A stretch of DNA of 64,000 nucleotides, from contig MCFE01000096.1 of the NCBI GenBank assembly GCA_002104905.1, positions 109,075 through 173,074 of the forward strand, given 5' to 3'. Source of the DNA: Basidiobolus meristosporus CBS 931.73 (taxonomy: Eukaryota > Fungi > Basidiobolomycota). The notes beneath the pieces were generated by a model. The model was not told the origin of the DNA. It did no database searches and saw only the letters and a list, made by a program, of their open reading frames with translations. A program made the position numbers and the translations under genes. Below, in pieces: positions 24,805 to 38,457 of the stretch; the first letter of the stretch is position 1, and the number at the start of each line of letters is the position of its first letter.

Positions 24805-26900
24805 TTACTGAAGCACCAACCGTACAGCCTGCGGGTGTATCAGGCTCCTCATTATGGCATAGAGCCGGTGTGTCAAACACGTGAAGTTACCAAATCTGCT
24901 TGAAGTTTCCCATCGATCAACATTAGTATATATCCGATATGAAAATTCGACTCCTCGGCAAGCACTTACCTCTATTTCATCATCTTCGTCCCGACGCACT
25001 TCAACTTATTGGACTCTATTTAGTCTAGTCTAGTCTAAATCCAAACGCATTCCTTTAGTTTCGATTTTTTCCTTGTACACTATACAGTTCTGAATACTTT
25101 CAAGAACCTTTTATCATGATTGTTTTTTGTACGCCTTCATCAAAAAAACTATCCTCTATTTACCTACCACCGCTCCATCTCCGTCCATTTGAATTGTAAA
25201 ATTATCATAAAGAACAGATTCCAAACCTCTGCGCTCCTCGGACGATCAATCTAGACATGTAGTGTTGTAAATCGATTTGTTCTTTGGCATATTCAGTCAA
25301 CTTAGCTTTACCGGATCCAAAGCGGATGTGCATAGATTGCTGTAGTGTTCATGTATCGTTTGCTTACGAAAGGATGAAACCAGCGTGTCTTATGACTGTG
25401 AACCAACCAAAGTAAAGGCCGGATTGAAACCTGCCGACTGTATGGTCAGCTAGGAGTTCACCTTGGAAGTGTGTACTGGTGTTGCCAATAAGCAAAAGGA
25501 ACTAGCTCTCAATAAGCCGGACTCCTCCATACTTGTTTGCTTGCCCGTCTGCATGCGTTATCAAGGTTTTACTCAAGATTATCCTGGAGAAATTGAGCCT
25601 TTAGTATTTGAATTGTTGTATCGTTGTTACTTCAGTAGTATGTATATCTGTACCTTGTATCTGGGAGGACAGTAGTAGACGTCAATGCCGAATAAAAGTG
25701 AAGCACCGTAATAACATCACGCAGACTTTCGGGTACCAAGAAAGTCTCTTTCCAGGAGATTAGCACTCTGCGGTGTGGCACAATACCACCCTTCACTCTG
25801 AAGGGCAACAGAGAAGCACCGCATGCAGCCACCCAAGAACAAACACCCAGGGGATGTCTGGTATTATTCAAGACCACACTTTTGTGTGCCAACTGGTGAC
25901 AGAACATAGGGAACTCGTCCAAGCAGAGGCTGTATAGGCTATTTCCGATATACTCTCCAACGGTGAAACGCCTGGACGGTTGCATATCAATACAATTCTT
26001 GGTAGTGGAATTCGACCATGTGCGCATACTTGAGGAGGAGGCTAGCTAGAGATATGAGAACCTGCCAGACTGCTCGTTGAGGATACATAGCAAAGAGAAA
26101 GAAGGGTACACTTTCAACGGAAGTCCATATTCTATATAATACTTTTTCTTTTTTTGCATATATTTCTATTGAACTCCAAGATAAAGGGAGTTAATCGAGG
26201 TTAAATCAGATCTTATTTCAAAGTGAATACAAATCTGAAGTCGTTTAGTACTAAAAAGAGATAGCTTGCTGAATAGACGGAATTGAGCAGCCCTTTCCTA
26301 TTAGGTATTTGGGTTTGGGTTGAAACGATCATATGAACAACCAGCTCTTTGTCCACACACCCACCCTAACCTTCGATTCAGGTCGTAAGCGGAAAGCCAA
26401 AAATCCACATGAATTTGGCGATGATGGCCAGAATAGAGTGTGATGCCAGGGTTGATTAGATGTCACACACTGAGTAGTCTGAATAGCACGAACCGTCCAA
26501 ATAGTCCAGCCTGATTTTCAATCAACACAGCCGTCACAACCCGCTCCCACGTGACCCTCGATGTTCTTGTTTATCTTAGACCCCGCTTAGACAAGATTCA
26601 TATGTTGGCGTTCATGATTGGTGACAAATGGTCCTTAAATTCGAGATGGACATAGTGTTCGAGGTGGATTTCCGAATACTATGCTTCGCTGACAGGAGTT
26701 GATTGGCTATAATAGACAACAATTGAAGTTCGTGATTGGGAATATCCCATGGGTTGAAATGTTTATGCCATAGTAGCAGCTCGATCAACCCGGAGAATTC
26801 GATATTTTCTAGGCGAAGAATGATTGGATTTCCGGGATATTCTCTCGAGCTATTATAAAGTTCAAAATAGAAAGTGGGAAGTTTTAGGTGTATCTTTAGC
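24805..26900 (-). CDS. Probable unannotated multi-exon gene of unknown function (boundaries approximate)
   Basis: Minus-strand canonical introns at 24896-24969 (GTAAGT..CTAAT..CAG), 25584-25653, 25972-26029 (GTATGC..CAG) and 26298-26370, plus a GTAAGC donor at 25367. Open exon-sized frames lie between them. No complete model could be assembled by hand. Confidence 0.5.
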
Positions 26901-26985
26901 TCGTCCCTTTACCCGACATTGTAGGCTTGGGACTCGAATATCCACCCTACTTGGTTGATCATATTACACGTTATATTCCCTCAGG

Positions 26986-29020
26986 ATGAAGTACGAGTAT
27001 GATGAGTCCGGAGTGACTTTTAATTACTTCATCTTATCGGTGGTAGGAATAGCGCTTATCCCCGCCACCATTTCTCTTTTCAGAAAGCCAAAAGGTAAAG
27101 TGCCCGTCTCAACCTTGCCAGAACACAACTGGACAATTGAGTGCTAAACTGTTGCGAATAACCCAGCCGCCCGCAAAGATCCCCGCTCATGTCGTTGCGA
27201 GCTTTGCGTTAAGAAAGAAGCTGCCTTGAAAGAACGTAAGAAAACCAGTGCCGTAAGCAAGAAGTAAGTATACAGCGTCCCTGGCGGAACGAAAGCCCCA
27301 TATTCACACCCCTTGTTTCAGGCTTATCTTTGTTGTTCTCGGCTGGGTGTTGTTTGGTTTCCTCGCGTACAAGGCTGCCACCACCAAGATTGAAACCAAC
27401 ATTTGGGATCCCTATGAGATTCTCGGCATCGACTCTGGAGCCACCACCAAACAAATCAAAAAGCATTACAAGAAACTCAGTTTGAAATGGCATCCTGATA
27501 AGGTCAGCGCTGAGTTGGCCGAGGAGGCTGAGAGCAAGTTCGTTGAGATCACCAAGGCCTACAAAGTTCTTACCGACGACGAAATCAGAAAGAACTACGA
27601 GGAGTTCGGGCATCCTGATGGCCGTCAATCCATGTCCCTTGGTATTGCGCTTCCTTCCTGGCTGGTAGAGTCCGGCAATTCCTTCTTTGTCCTGGCCATT
27701 TACGGTGGTTTGTTCGGGGTTCTTCTTCCACTGTATGTTGGCCGCTGGTGGTACAAGTCACTTCGCTACACCAAGGATAAGATTCTCAACCAAACCATGG
27801 CGACTTACTTCAGACAGCTGCAGGACGACATATCCCTCCGAGGATTGATCGAGCTTCTTTCTACCAGTGCCGAGTTTAAGGAGGAGGTGACGTTTAAGCC
27901 TTCGGATGCCGTGGAGGTTCCCAAGTTGATCAAGTTGATTGAGCAGACCCTTGAGGAGCGTGGCGAGGTATATATGAAGTCCAAGAAGTACACTGCCCCC
28001 TACTGCGTTAAAGCCCACACTTTGATCACCGCCCACATCCACCGTGTTCCCGTTGAAGACTCTAGTTTGGCGGCGGATCAAAAGGAAATTATTCAGCGCT
28101 CGATTCATTTGGTTCTTGGTATGCTTCAGATTTCCATGGCCCATAGCTGGTTCGAAACCACAGTCCATTGCATGGAGTTGTCTCAGATGCTGGTCCAAGG
28201 GCTGCACGTCAGCAGGGCACCCATTTTCCAGCTTCCCTACATCAACGAGGAGATGGCGAGAGCGTTTGCCCAGAAGAAGGTCCGCTCCATCAAGCACCTT
28301 ATTGATCTGCCCAACGATGAGAGGAAGCTGGTTCTGCGCGAACTGTCTGCCGAGAAGTACGAGAACCTGATGAATGTTGCTATGGACTACCCTTGCATCA
28401 ACATCGCCAAGGCTTATTTCAAGGTGGTAGGAGACGATGCCATTACTCCCGGAGCCATTGTTACCTGTGTGATCAAATTGAATCTGACATCTGCCCGTCA
28501 CCAAGCCGAACACCCTGATAAGGTGTGCGTCGACAACGATAACGACGACGAGGAGGGTCATGGCTGCCAATCGGGATGCCATCCCCGCCCCCACTCCGAC
28601 AAGGAGGAAAACCACGAGGCCATCCGAATCCATTCTCCTTACTTCCCCTTGGATAAGAAGCCTTTCTGGTGGGTTGTTGTGTGTGATCCCCGAGGCAATC
28701 GCATCAATCTTCCCATCGACAAGGTTGGAAATTTGTCATTTGACTCCATTAAGACAGTGAAGTTCCAGTTCCAAGCACCACCCCGCCCTGGTGCCTATCC
28801 TTTCACTGTATTTGTCAAGAGTGATTCGCAGGTCGGTTCCGACTTGAGACGCAATATCGAGCTCCACGTCCAGGATGCCTCGGTGCTTCCACCCGAGGAA
28901 GAGATAGAAGACGAGATCTCGGAGCCTGAGGAGGACTCTATTGCCGGGCAGATGGCCCAGCTCCGCGCACAACAGCAAGGTAAAGGAAACGCCGGCGATG
29001 ACACATCGGATGAAGAATAA
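26986..29020 (+). CDS. SEC63: ER translocon J-domain protein Sec63
   Basis: KYEYDESGVTFNYF, WDPYEILG...KWHPDK J domain, GHPDG...GIALPSW, Sec63/Brl domain, acidic tail. The ATG follows an acceptor-like TTCCCTCAG, so the true start may lie upstream. Confidence 0.96.
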
Positions 29021-29268
29021 ACCATTCCCCCACGACAAATCAAATCTACATTGATGTAATTTATAGTCAATTTGATGAAAGCTTAGAACTGCATCACGAA
29101 CCGATTCATTGAATTCTTTTATATAAAGTTGGTTGCCATACAAAATGATACACAGTACAATACAATACATTGGATGGGTGATGAGGTGGTTAGTTTAGTG
29201 CTGATACAGGGGTATTTACATCGATGGTCGGTGGTCGGTGGTCAGCGGTGGATGACGGATGGTGGCGC

Positions 29269-31338
29269 TCAGCTGAAATAGGAGGTGCGTCTTGGGTCAT
29301 TGAAAGAAAGGGTGGTGTTGTGGCTGGGGGAGAATGCAAAGTAGTCAGCGGTGTTGGATGCTGCCATTAGTCCTGAGGTTTTGTTCACGGCCGGTAACTC
29401 GCTGGGCATAGAGGCAACTGGGGCTTGCTTACAACTTGGCACACCCATCAGTCTCCACAGAACTGCCTCGTAGCAGAAAACGAACTGGCGAAGCGTTTGC
29501 ACCATGGACAGACGTTGATCCCGGAACTGGTTGACAATCTCCGCAATCACGTCTTCCTTCATCGTGAGCATTGAGCGCTCCTTGGAGGCCAGCATCTCTA
29601 GTACAGTGTCAATGGTGCAAAATGCCCCTGTCCTACCGCATCCAGCACTACAATGGACAATCATTGGGCCTGCGCCATGTGATTGTTGGATGTTGTAGGC
29701 GATATCGCGTAGGGCAAGCACCCCGGAGGGATCTGCCGGGATGCCGAAGTCGGGCCACCCGATGAAATGCAGTTGAGACAGGTGGCGGACTTCGTTTGTA
29801 TGAACGTTGGTCATTTCTAACTCACGCAGCGTCAAAGTGTGGTCCTGCAATGGCTGCGACTCGGAGACTAGCCTCACCTCTATATGATCGCCATATTTGA
29901 CTGCCGGCGATATGGTAGAGTTGGGCCAGTACCGGTGGCACTTGATACGCCCTGCCTCCTCTTCTTTAGTAAGCATGACAATCACTCGAGAGTTTTGCTC
30001 CCACACCATCTCCCAGAAATCAGGGAAGGTGGATGGCATAGGTCCCTGGGTGGCAATGTATCGATTAGAGTTGGTGTCTTTGGCGCCAATGAAGCTAGCA
30101 TTGATGTAATCAGACTCCGGCTTGTTGGCGTGCTCAAGCTTCACTCTGCTGTGTTCATATGGCCAGATGTTGTTGTACCGGTTCTTAGAACCACGTTCTA
30201 TGCCTGCCGCTATACTGTAAGGGTTCGACTGGGATACATGGTGTGCTTGAGCAACAAGTAGCGATTGTAGGCGCTTCTGTTCGACCTTGTCGATACGCTG
30301 GATTTTCTGTTATTAATGGCGATACTTAAAAATGATGTGTAGTCCAGCAGTTACCTTAAATGCCTGCGATAGTTTATATTTCCCCTCTGAACTATATGCG
30401 ACATCGGTGAGAAATGGAGGCAGCTCAGTATTGGCGAGTTCTGTTTTTGCTGGGGTGCGAATTGCCACAATCTCGCCAAGCTCGCATGTGACGTCATGAT
30501 GCGGCCTAATGTTGTTGAAGAAAGGGGTGGCCATGCTGCCGCTAGGTGTAGGGCAGGTTAGAGGGGCAGCCAGGAAGCTAGTTGGCGAGAGCATAGGCTT
30601 GTTGATTGGTCTCTTGGCTTGGGTGGTACTATTCACTTGGCACAAATTCGGAAAGGTTGACCTGAAAGCATCGAATCCACCTTTCAGCCAACCTATGGTG
30701 GTGGGCGCTTTGCCAAGAAATTTTCGAGCCAAGTACATAATTGGCGTGTTGTCCATGACCGTTTGGGAATTACCATCGTACATCACTACGGTTGCGTAGT
30801 TCGTCCAGTTCTTTAAAGCACTGCGGTCCTTCTCTGATATCAGCGACTCGGCAAGTTTGTCCACACTGAACGAAGCTCTCTTCAACAGAGTATTTGGAAC
30901 ACATAGATTGACAGCATCATGGATATGAGCGCACGAGTATTGCGTGAATGAGCGCATATCAATCAAAAGTACGCTGCTGCTTTGAATAAGGTCTGCAAGG
31001 TGTTCTGGAGTAAAAGACACGAAGCTGTTTGCTGGGGATTCCGAGGTTGGGCACGCAGACTTCACAGGAGAGAGGTCTGTCTTGCTCTTACAGGCTTTGG
31101 TCCCCAACAGGTTGAAATGAGACAAGGACTCTGTTACTGGCGTTGATTGCTTTTCGCTCAAAGCAAAGTAACTTTTTGCTCCCGAGCCACAGGGAGAGCG
31201 AGGTGAAGACATGGGTGGTGGTGAGATTATTGGTGACTCCGGGTACGCCTTGTTGGGAGATTTGACATTGAGTGGAAAGTAGGAAGGTGCATCCGGAAGA
31301 GAGATGTGGTTTGGTTTGTACGGAAAACCTATAGTCAT
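29269..31338 (-). CDS. Protein tyrosine phosphatase with N-terminal rhodanese domain (Pyp1/Ptp2/Ptp3 MAPK-phosphatase type)
   Basis: Rhodanese LIDMRSF...HIHDAVN...WLKGGFDAF. PTP motifs KNRYNNIWPY, DYINAS, YIATQGP, WPDFG, HCSAGCGRTG, MVQTLRQF. Intron 30307-30354. Confidence 0.95.
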
Positions 31339-32185
31339 GGCTACACTATATGAATTAAATTAAAGGTATATCGGACAATGCCACTTGATGGTGGTGCTAC
31401 AAGGTCGACTGTAAGTGCGTGTGGGTAGGTCAACGGGAATATGAAGAAGAGGAAAAGTCAAGGCTAGGATAGTATGAATCAGGGGATTCGTCTCCAACGC
31501 TGGGATATTTATTCGTTGTCCAATGCAAGCGATGGGCAGCAAAACCCGCCATAAATGGAAGGAGTGACAGAGAGTCACGGGTTTGATATAACTTTTACTT
31601 TAAAGAATGATCTAATATCGTAGCAGCGGCCGGTTCCCAATTGGCAGATGATCCTTAATTATGTGTCAAGCCAACGGCTGTTCGTACCGATATTCCAATG
31701 AATTATGGTTAGTGTGCTACAAAGCCATGGAATAGTTTGCGACAATTATCCTCCGTTGCCCTTGCCTCTCTATCCTTTTCTGATGGACGGGAGAATGGTG
31801 CATTGAGCTGTTTCATCAAGCATCCATTGTTGTCTCTGAATACCGAGGCTAGGTCGCAGCCTCCAATATGCTTTGTGAGCCAACCATACGACGAACTGCA
31901 TTTGCTGCGAGTAGATGGAATCTAGACGTCATTATTACGGCATCGATAGCCTATTTTAGATGTGCCATTTGTCAACCCACCTGACATCATAGCTATCATC
32001 GTTAGGTAGGATTCAAGGCAGATCGAGTAACCATGACCGATATATCTTCCCATCAGATCGAATAAGATTCAGCATTGGCCAAATCCATATTGGTAATGTT
32101 CATTAACAGTAACTTTCATGGCTGCCAATGTTGTCATATTTGAAGGGTACATGAACGGTGCATCAGCCATCGAAATAATCACGAA

Positions 32186-32290
32186 GTGTGTTTAAGTAAT
32201 GGTTAATCACTTTCTCTATCTTCTGATGGAAATGTGTGTTTAAACAACGATTAATCACGTTCTCTTGCTTCTTGTGGAAATGGGTGTTTA
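32186..32290. repeat. About 48-bp direct repeat (2.2 copies) upstream of NOP12
   Basis: G(T/G)GTGTTTA...TTAATCAC.TTCTCT...GGAAAT recurs at 32186, 32234 and 32282. Confidence 0.7.
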
Positions 32291-32434
32291 TGTTATGACA
32301 CGAAGTTTAGGTCAAAAAAATAAAAAATAATTCATCAGCTGGAAAAGAAAAAAATCGCCTACCTTCAAGTGGTTTATTGAATTGGTAGCATTCACTTTGT
32401 GTCCTTCCCATCCCAGTGGATATTCTCCAGTATT

Positions 32435-33790
32435 ATGTCAAACTACGTACCTGGCCAATTGACCCAATCCCTTTTAGGTGGCGGGAAAATCGATTCCAAG
32501 CTCGATGATCTCTTTAAAAACAGTGTGAGTATTTATCCTCCGCCACCATTTGAACTTTACTGATTTCCTACTCTTATCCAGGCCGGTGCTTCAGCATTGC
32601 CTCCTCCCGTTCTTGTTACTAGGGAGATTAAGGCCACAAAGAAAGAGGCCGAGAAAAGAAAGGAACCTGAGGCTGAAGAGGGCAGCAAACAACCAGCCAA
32701 AAAACAAAAGGTCAACGCGAAACCAGCAAATTCCCCTAGACAAGCTGACAAAAAAGCACCCTTAGAGCAGAAGGATGAGGCGAAGCCTGCAGTCAAAGAG
32801 GACGATCCCGAGAAAATTGCTCGTACCATATTTGTTGGTAACCTGTCGGTTTCAGTTATCAACAAAGCAGAGTACAAGCAGTTGAAGACCAGATTCGCCG
32901 AATTTGGCGAAATTGAGAGTATCCGTTTCCGTTCAGTTGTAAGTAATCCCTCCAACAACCAACTTATGTACAGGGTAGTTAATGTGGTGATTTATTAGGC
33001 ATTCGCAGAATTGATGCCCCGTAAAGCAGCATTCATCAACAAGAATCTCCATCCCGAGAGAAACTCAGTCAATGCATACATCGTTTACAAAGAAAAAGCC
33101 AGCGCCGAAGCAGCTTTGAAGTCCAACGGAACTATGTTCTTGGAGAGACACTTGCGTGTTGATAAGTCTGACAACACTGGGGTACTTGAGATACGGTTAA
33201 TTTGCTTCCACTCATGCACTAAACCTTTTTCATCAGAGCCAGGATCGTAAGACCTCCGTATTCGTGGGTAACCTGGCGTTTGACGCCGATGAGGAGGATC
33301 TATGGAAATACTTCTCCCAATGTGGCGAAGTCATCAATGTCCGCATCATTCGTGATAAAACCACCAATGTCGGGAAAGGATTTGGCTACGTTCAGTTCAA
33401 GGTGAGTGCATTAGCCTTCCTCTTAAGTTCTTCATTTCCTAAGCCCGTATTAGGAAAGACCTGCTGTCGGCTTAGCGCTGAAGCTCCATGAAAGCAAGAT
33501 GGGCAGCCGCAAGTTGCGCGTCTTCCGCTGCTCTGAAACCGACATGGTTAAAGGAAAGAACCCCGTCAAAAATACCGACAAGTCCAAGAAAGATGCTAAA
33601 AAGCCTCGAGCCAAGATGGTATGTTTCCTTCAATAGCAGTACAAATGATGTTCCTTCGATAACACGGTCTTTCTAGGTTAAGCCTAAGACACAACAAGAG
33701 GGCGAGCGTGCGGTCAAGGAAAAGAAGCCTCGTGTACGTGCCCGTACGCAAGCATGGAAAAAAACTGGCAAGAAGCCAGCTAAAAAATGA
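32435..33790 (+). CDS. NOP12: Nucleolar two-RRM protein Nop12/RBM34, multi-exon
   Basis: RTIFVGNL...[35 protein letters not shown]...[24 protein letters not shown]. Confidence 0.92.
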
Positions 33791-34635
33791 GATTCTTCCA
33801 TCTGAATATTTATGATTTTCTACTTCAGCACCGCCCATTTATACATAGAGAATAATGTACAAAATAAAGAAAATTATTACTATTCGTTGGTGTCTACCAT
33901 TAGCAGGAAGGAGATGTCTCAAGGATGATCTGACCCACCGCCACACCTTCTATCCACCTGCACCATGTATGACTTTCTACACCCGATTCAAATAACCCAT
34001 TTCCTGGCTCATAAATATGGGGGATTCAACAACGGGATAATTTGTAGGAAAATATATAAAATAACGATGATGGAGTGGACCAGATGAATATGGAATTTTT
34101 GACCATGAATTTCATACTTTCGTAAAATCATTGGGCTGTGATGTCCCCCTTCCTTCTAGCATACCCATCACAATCATACTTGCTCTGAATAGTTATCGCT
34201 AACTGTTAAGTAAACACCACTTCTTCCTTCTGTCTTCCAATTCCTGGCCAATTAACAACGGCCACCACTCTGTATTGGTAATCTCTTTTCATATCTCACT
34301 GTTTCCTTGACTTGGCTGATTGACCTCAGTTGCTTAGGGCTCGTGTGACAAGAACAACTGCCTAAGAAAACTAGTTGCTTTTCGAGATTGTCCACACCAC
34401 CATCTAATCTTCGAGGTTACGCAATCGTTCCCGATCTTGAAAAGTCTGTTTTGCTGTTCTGTTTGGGAAACTCTTCTGAAAGAGAATATAGTTATCACAG
34501 GATAGATAGATAGAGATTTCATAACAGCGCGCCAAATCTGCATTTAGAAACTTCCCCAAACCCTTTTACACTACCTTGGTTCACATCTCTGAGTCCAAAG
34601 AATAATTAGAAAACTCCCTGATTCTATCTTGAAGC

Positions 34636-37600
34636 ATGCGCGTTGACCAAGTGGACCCTGGATCCACGACGTTGGCTCAAGCAGAACCCGAAATATGGGG
34701 GCTGAACGGAGTAAAGCCGTGGAATCCCCTCATTCTGGAAAAATCTGTAAATACCTCCGTGTCACTCGATGTGGTAAGATCTATGGTTTGTTGCGCGTTT
34801 CGCAGTACACATGTTCTAACCAGAAGGCTTCTTCCTCTTGGACCAATCTATCCACTATAAACACGAACTCCCGTTGCTGTTGTTGCTTCTATAGAGAAAA
34901 CAAAAAGGTTGATAACCAAATCCACTGCTTGTGCCCTCTTAACCAGTTTATCTAACGTTGAAGCAAACACTTTCAGATATTTTGGAACGTCATAAAGATT
35001 CACCCCCCTCCTTTGTCTTGCACATATTCCCGACTCATTTCAAGTTTGAGAAACAGGTACCTTTCGTTAGCCCAATTTCTATCGCTAGCAAGCAGCACAT
35101 CTGACACTCTCTTATTCGATAACAGGACGGTGTATTCCTGTTTAGTAGCTCTATGAAGGTGTGTAAGCTGGGGTTCGCCTCAGTCTTGTTGCGCTCCAGA
35201 ATGCCACAGTGATCTTAGTAGATTAGTTACTAACCAAGAGACCTTCCCAGAATTTTTTGGATTATCTGAACAAGCAACGGATCCCTCCTGACCTGGTCGA
35301 TGTGTTTGACGAGGCACAGTGTCAATACTACGAAGGTAGGAAGCGCTACATACCGTTAGTCTCCTCACCAGCTCGCGGCTAATCACGCACCACCACAGGC
35401 TGTATAATAGCCGAGATCCATGATTATCGAGAAAGCTATACGACAAACGTCAACGGGACCAATTCCAACACCAACAGGGTGCTACTCACTCCAAACGCAG
35501 AGACACTGTGGTCTGACCTGTGTCTACTTAACGAAAGCTACGGAGCTTTCTGGTCAGAAGATTTTGCGCTGGAAGTGGAGTCGAAGATATTGGTTCGTGT
35601 AGTTTCCAAGTGGGGTTTTTTGGTCGTTTGGTCACTGACACGTGTGCAAAGCTTGCCACTGAGGAACCGTTATGCCTAGATCCATCGTTCCAAGTCACTC
35701 GAATCAGCAATACTATATGCAACTATGGAAACGTTCGAAAGGTCAAGAAGCGGAAGAAGAGAATTTCTGCCGAGAAAGAAACGGAGTTCGCCGAGAAGAT
35801 CGAGAAGGAGAAAACGATGATGATGATGGATGAGGTACTCTGTTCACTAGCCACAGTTGCCTTGGAGCCAGTCCTAACCTTGATCGTGTTGTCTAGCGGT
35901 ATCAAAAAGAGTTCCAGCCGACGTGTGTATTTCTCGTTGATTTCGTTTGAAAGCCAGGTGCTTACCGATGTCTTCCAACAGGTTTGGCCGACTCTCCTTT
36001 GTCCAAGATTGGCGGAAGAGAAAAAGCATGGTTGACGCGGATCCCTCGGTGGGTCTGGTGACCAAGAAATTAAAGAGTAAGCTGTCACTCGACTTGTTAC
36101 TCGACCTCTGCTCCTGATCTCCTAATCGACTTCTTCGCAGATCGCCAAGTGGTCGAGCCATTGCCGCCAACAGGCGACAACAAGCAGATAGTCCGAACGC
36201 TCCGATTTGCCAAAGAGGCGGGAGGCCGTGAGTGATTCATTATTGTTGCTTGGTTAGCTGTCAGTACTAACGGGGCTTCAACGTAGACACAACGTACACG
36301 TTGATCAACATCTACATGGATAATATCACGTCCGAGTTTGATGGAGTATTGCGTATGGGGGCTGCTCCCAACACCAGCATTAAGGGGAACACCATCAAGT
36401 GAGTAGTGAGCTAGTGCATATCTGCCCACCATGTCGCTGATCATCCTCGATAGGTTCCACATTGGCTCGAAATCCACGTTACAGATGTACATCGAGAATG
36501 CCAAAAGGATTTTTGAGATTGACCACAAGCTGATATCGGACGACTCCTTGATATCCTTCGAGTCGCCGGCTCCCTCTCCAATTCTCCAGGTTCCTGACCA
36601 GAAGTCCGAGACTTCGACAAACCCACCTCTGATATCACGTGTCCAGAATCCTCTTTTGATGCTGGCGCAAACCCTGCCGATTGCGAGGACCCTACCCCAA
36701 GCTACTCCAGCCTCACAGCAACAAAGTTCTCAACCGGTTCCCCAACCTCAGGTCACTACCCCCTTGCCGCCATCGCTGCCTCAGCCCCAAATTCAACCAC
36801 AGGTCACACCTACCTTATTGCCTCAATCGACCATGCAGCTGTCCTCACCGTCGGATTCCTCAACACAGCCACAGAGTTCGCCACTGCAGGCACAGCTCCT
36901 TCAGACACAACAGGTCAGTGCTTCTCCAGTTGGCGTCAATGTCCAAGTACCAGCTGCCCTTCCTGGGAATGCCGCTCTCGCCAATACAAATGGCGCTCCA
37001 TCCACCTCCAACACCGCTGCTCCGCAAGATGCATTATCGTTGAGTCTACAACAGTTTGCTCAAAGCAAGGGGATGAAGAACCTGACTCCTCAACAATTAA
37101 ATCAGCTGAAGCAGCAGCTAATTCGCAAAAAGCAGTTAATGATGCAGAGGGCTCTACAGCAACAGCGTCAACAGCAGCAGCTACAGCAACAACAGCAACA
37201 GCAACAAACGCAAAGACCAAGTCCGCTTCAGTCATCGCCTTCCCCACAAATTCATCAGCAGCAATTCTCGCCTTCCCAACAGCAACGGCAGCTATCATTG
37301 CAACAGCAGTCTCCGCACCAACAGCATACGCAGCTCTCATCGCCCGTACAGTTTAGTCAAAACATTTCTCCGATGTTGCAAAGACAAGAGTTGAGCCAAT
37401 CTCCATCCCTACCTAATCAGCAAATGTCCATATCACCGCAACATCAACAGTCGCCTCCTCAACCTTCATTATCTGTAGCACAGTCTTCGTTGCAATTTCA
37501 AGCATCAGCCTTGCAAGTATCACCGCAACAAATGCTACAAGTAAGTTGGCAATCACACCGTTGAGGTATTGCAGATTGACTAACGGCTGGTTTTAGCCTA

Positions 37601-37980
37601 CAGGTAGTGTTCAACACCAAATCACAAGCCCGAATGGACAGACAATCAATTTGCCTAATGGAAGTGAGTAGGCATGCTAACCACCGAATGTTTTGCTAAT
37701 TGCTAATTGCTTCTCATCACCAGTGACTCCTCAAATGTTTGCCCTCAACCAACGTAACCAGCTACTGTGGCAGCAGCAGTTGCTACAGCAACAGATGGCG
37801 GCGCACAACATGGGTATGAATCGAGGCAACGCCAACGGAGCTTCCATACCAATGCAAATCCGAAATGCCAACTTGGCGTTAGCACAAGGCAGAGGGATGC
37901 TGCCTTTGATGCGGGGGAATGGCAGAGGGACGCCACAAAACCAGTTACAAAACCAAGGCCCTAGCCAGTTCGGCTCGTAA
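34636..37980 (+). CDS. SPT20: SAGA subunit Spt20 with Q/P-rich C-terminus, multi-exon (start uncertain)
   Basis: Spliced PSFVLHIFPTHFKF, FLDYLNKQRIPPDL, YYEGCIIAEIHDYR, RVLLTPNAETLWSDL, EVESKIL|LATEEPLCLDP. PolyQ at about 37140-37330. Confidence 0.88.
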
Positions 37981-38457
37981 ATCAACTGAAGTAAATCAAT
38001 TCACTGAAATAGAAACAAGTCTAGTTAGTCAAATACGAGATGCCCGATTGAAGAAACGTGTTTCCCATGTTTATCTTATCTTTACTGTTATAACGGATTC
38101 AGTTGAACACTTTCATGTAATATATTAATTTAATTATGAAATATCTGTAAATAGATCATTTTTCGTTGTAGCGCTCATGCCTATGATGCTTGAGCCGGAT
38201 TAGGTCTTAAAGTCCGAGCATGACTAGGATACTGCCGATTTTCCTAGCGAGGTGATCTTTCCTACCACTGCTTTGTTACCATTACCCGGATCCTTTGTTA
38301 CCATCGAGATGAGTACCAAATGATGTGACAGTTGGGTGCAATTGTGAAAGGATTCCGAATAATGGCGACAGCCATCCTGCCTCCACACCCATCTATTTAT
38401 AAGCACATGATCAGCATCCCCCAACGCTACAACACCAAACAGCTCCACTCCATCGAC

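Noticed and set aside
27758-28633. 291-aa antisense ORF within SEC63
   Set aside because: Mirror of the SEC63 coding frame with no independent motif.
16340-37980. Clustering of acetylation-related genes (NAT10, EPL1, SPT20)
   Set aside because: They belong to different complexes and are interspersed with unrelated housekeeping genes; most likely chance synteny.
38332-38457. In-frame N-terminal extension of TauD copy A
   Set aside because: It overlaps the TATA-like box and is frameshifted in copy B (C4 vs C5), so it is probably untranslated promoter/UTR.
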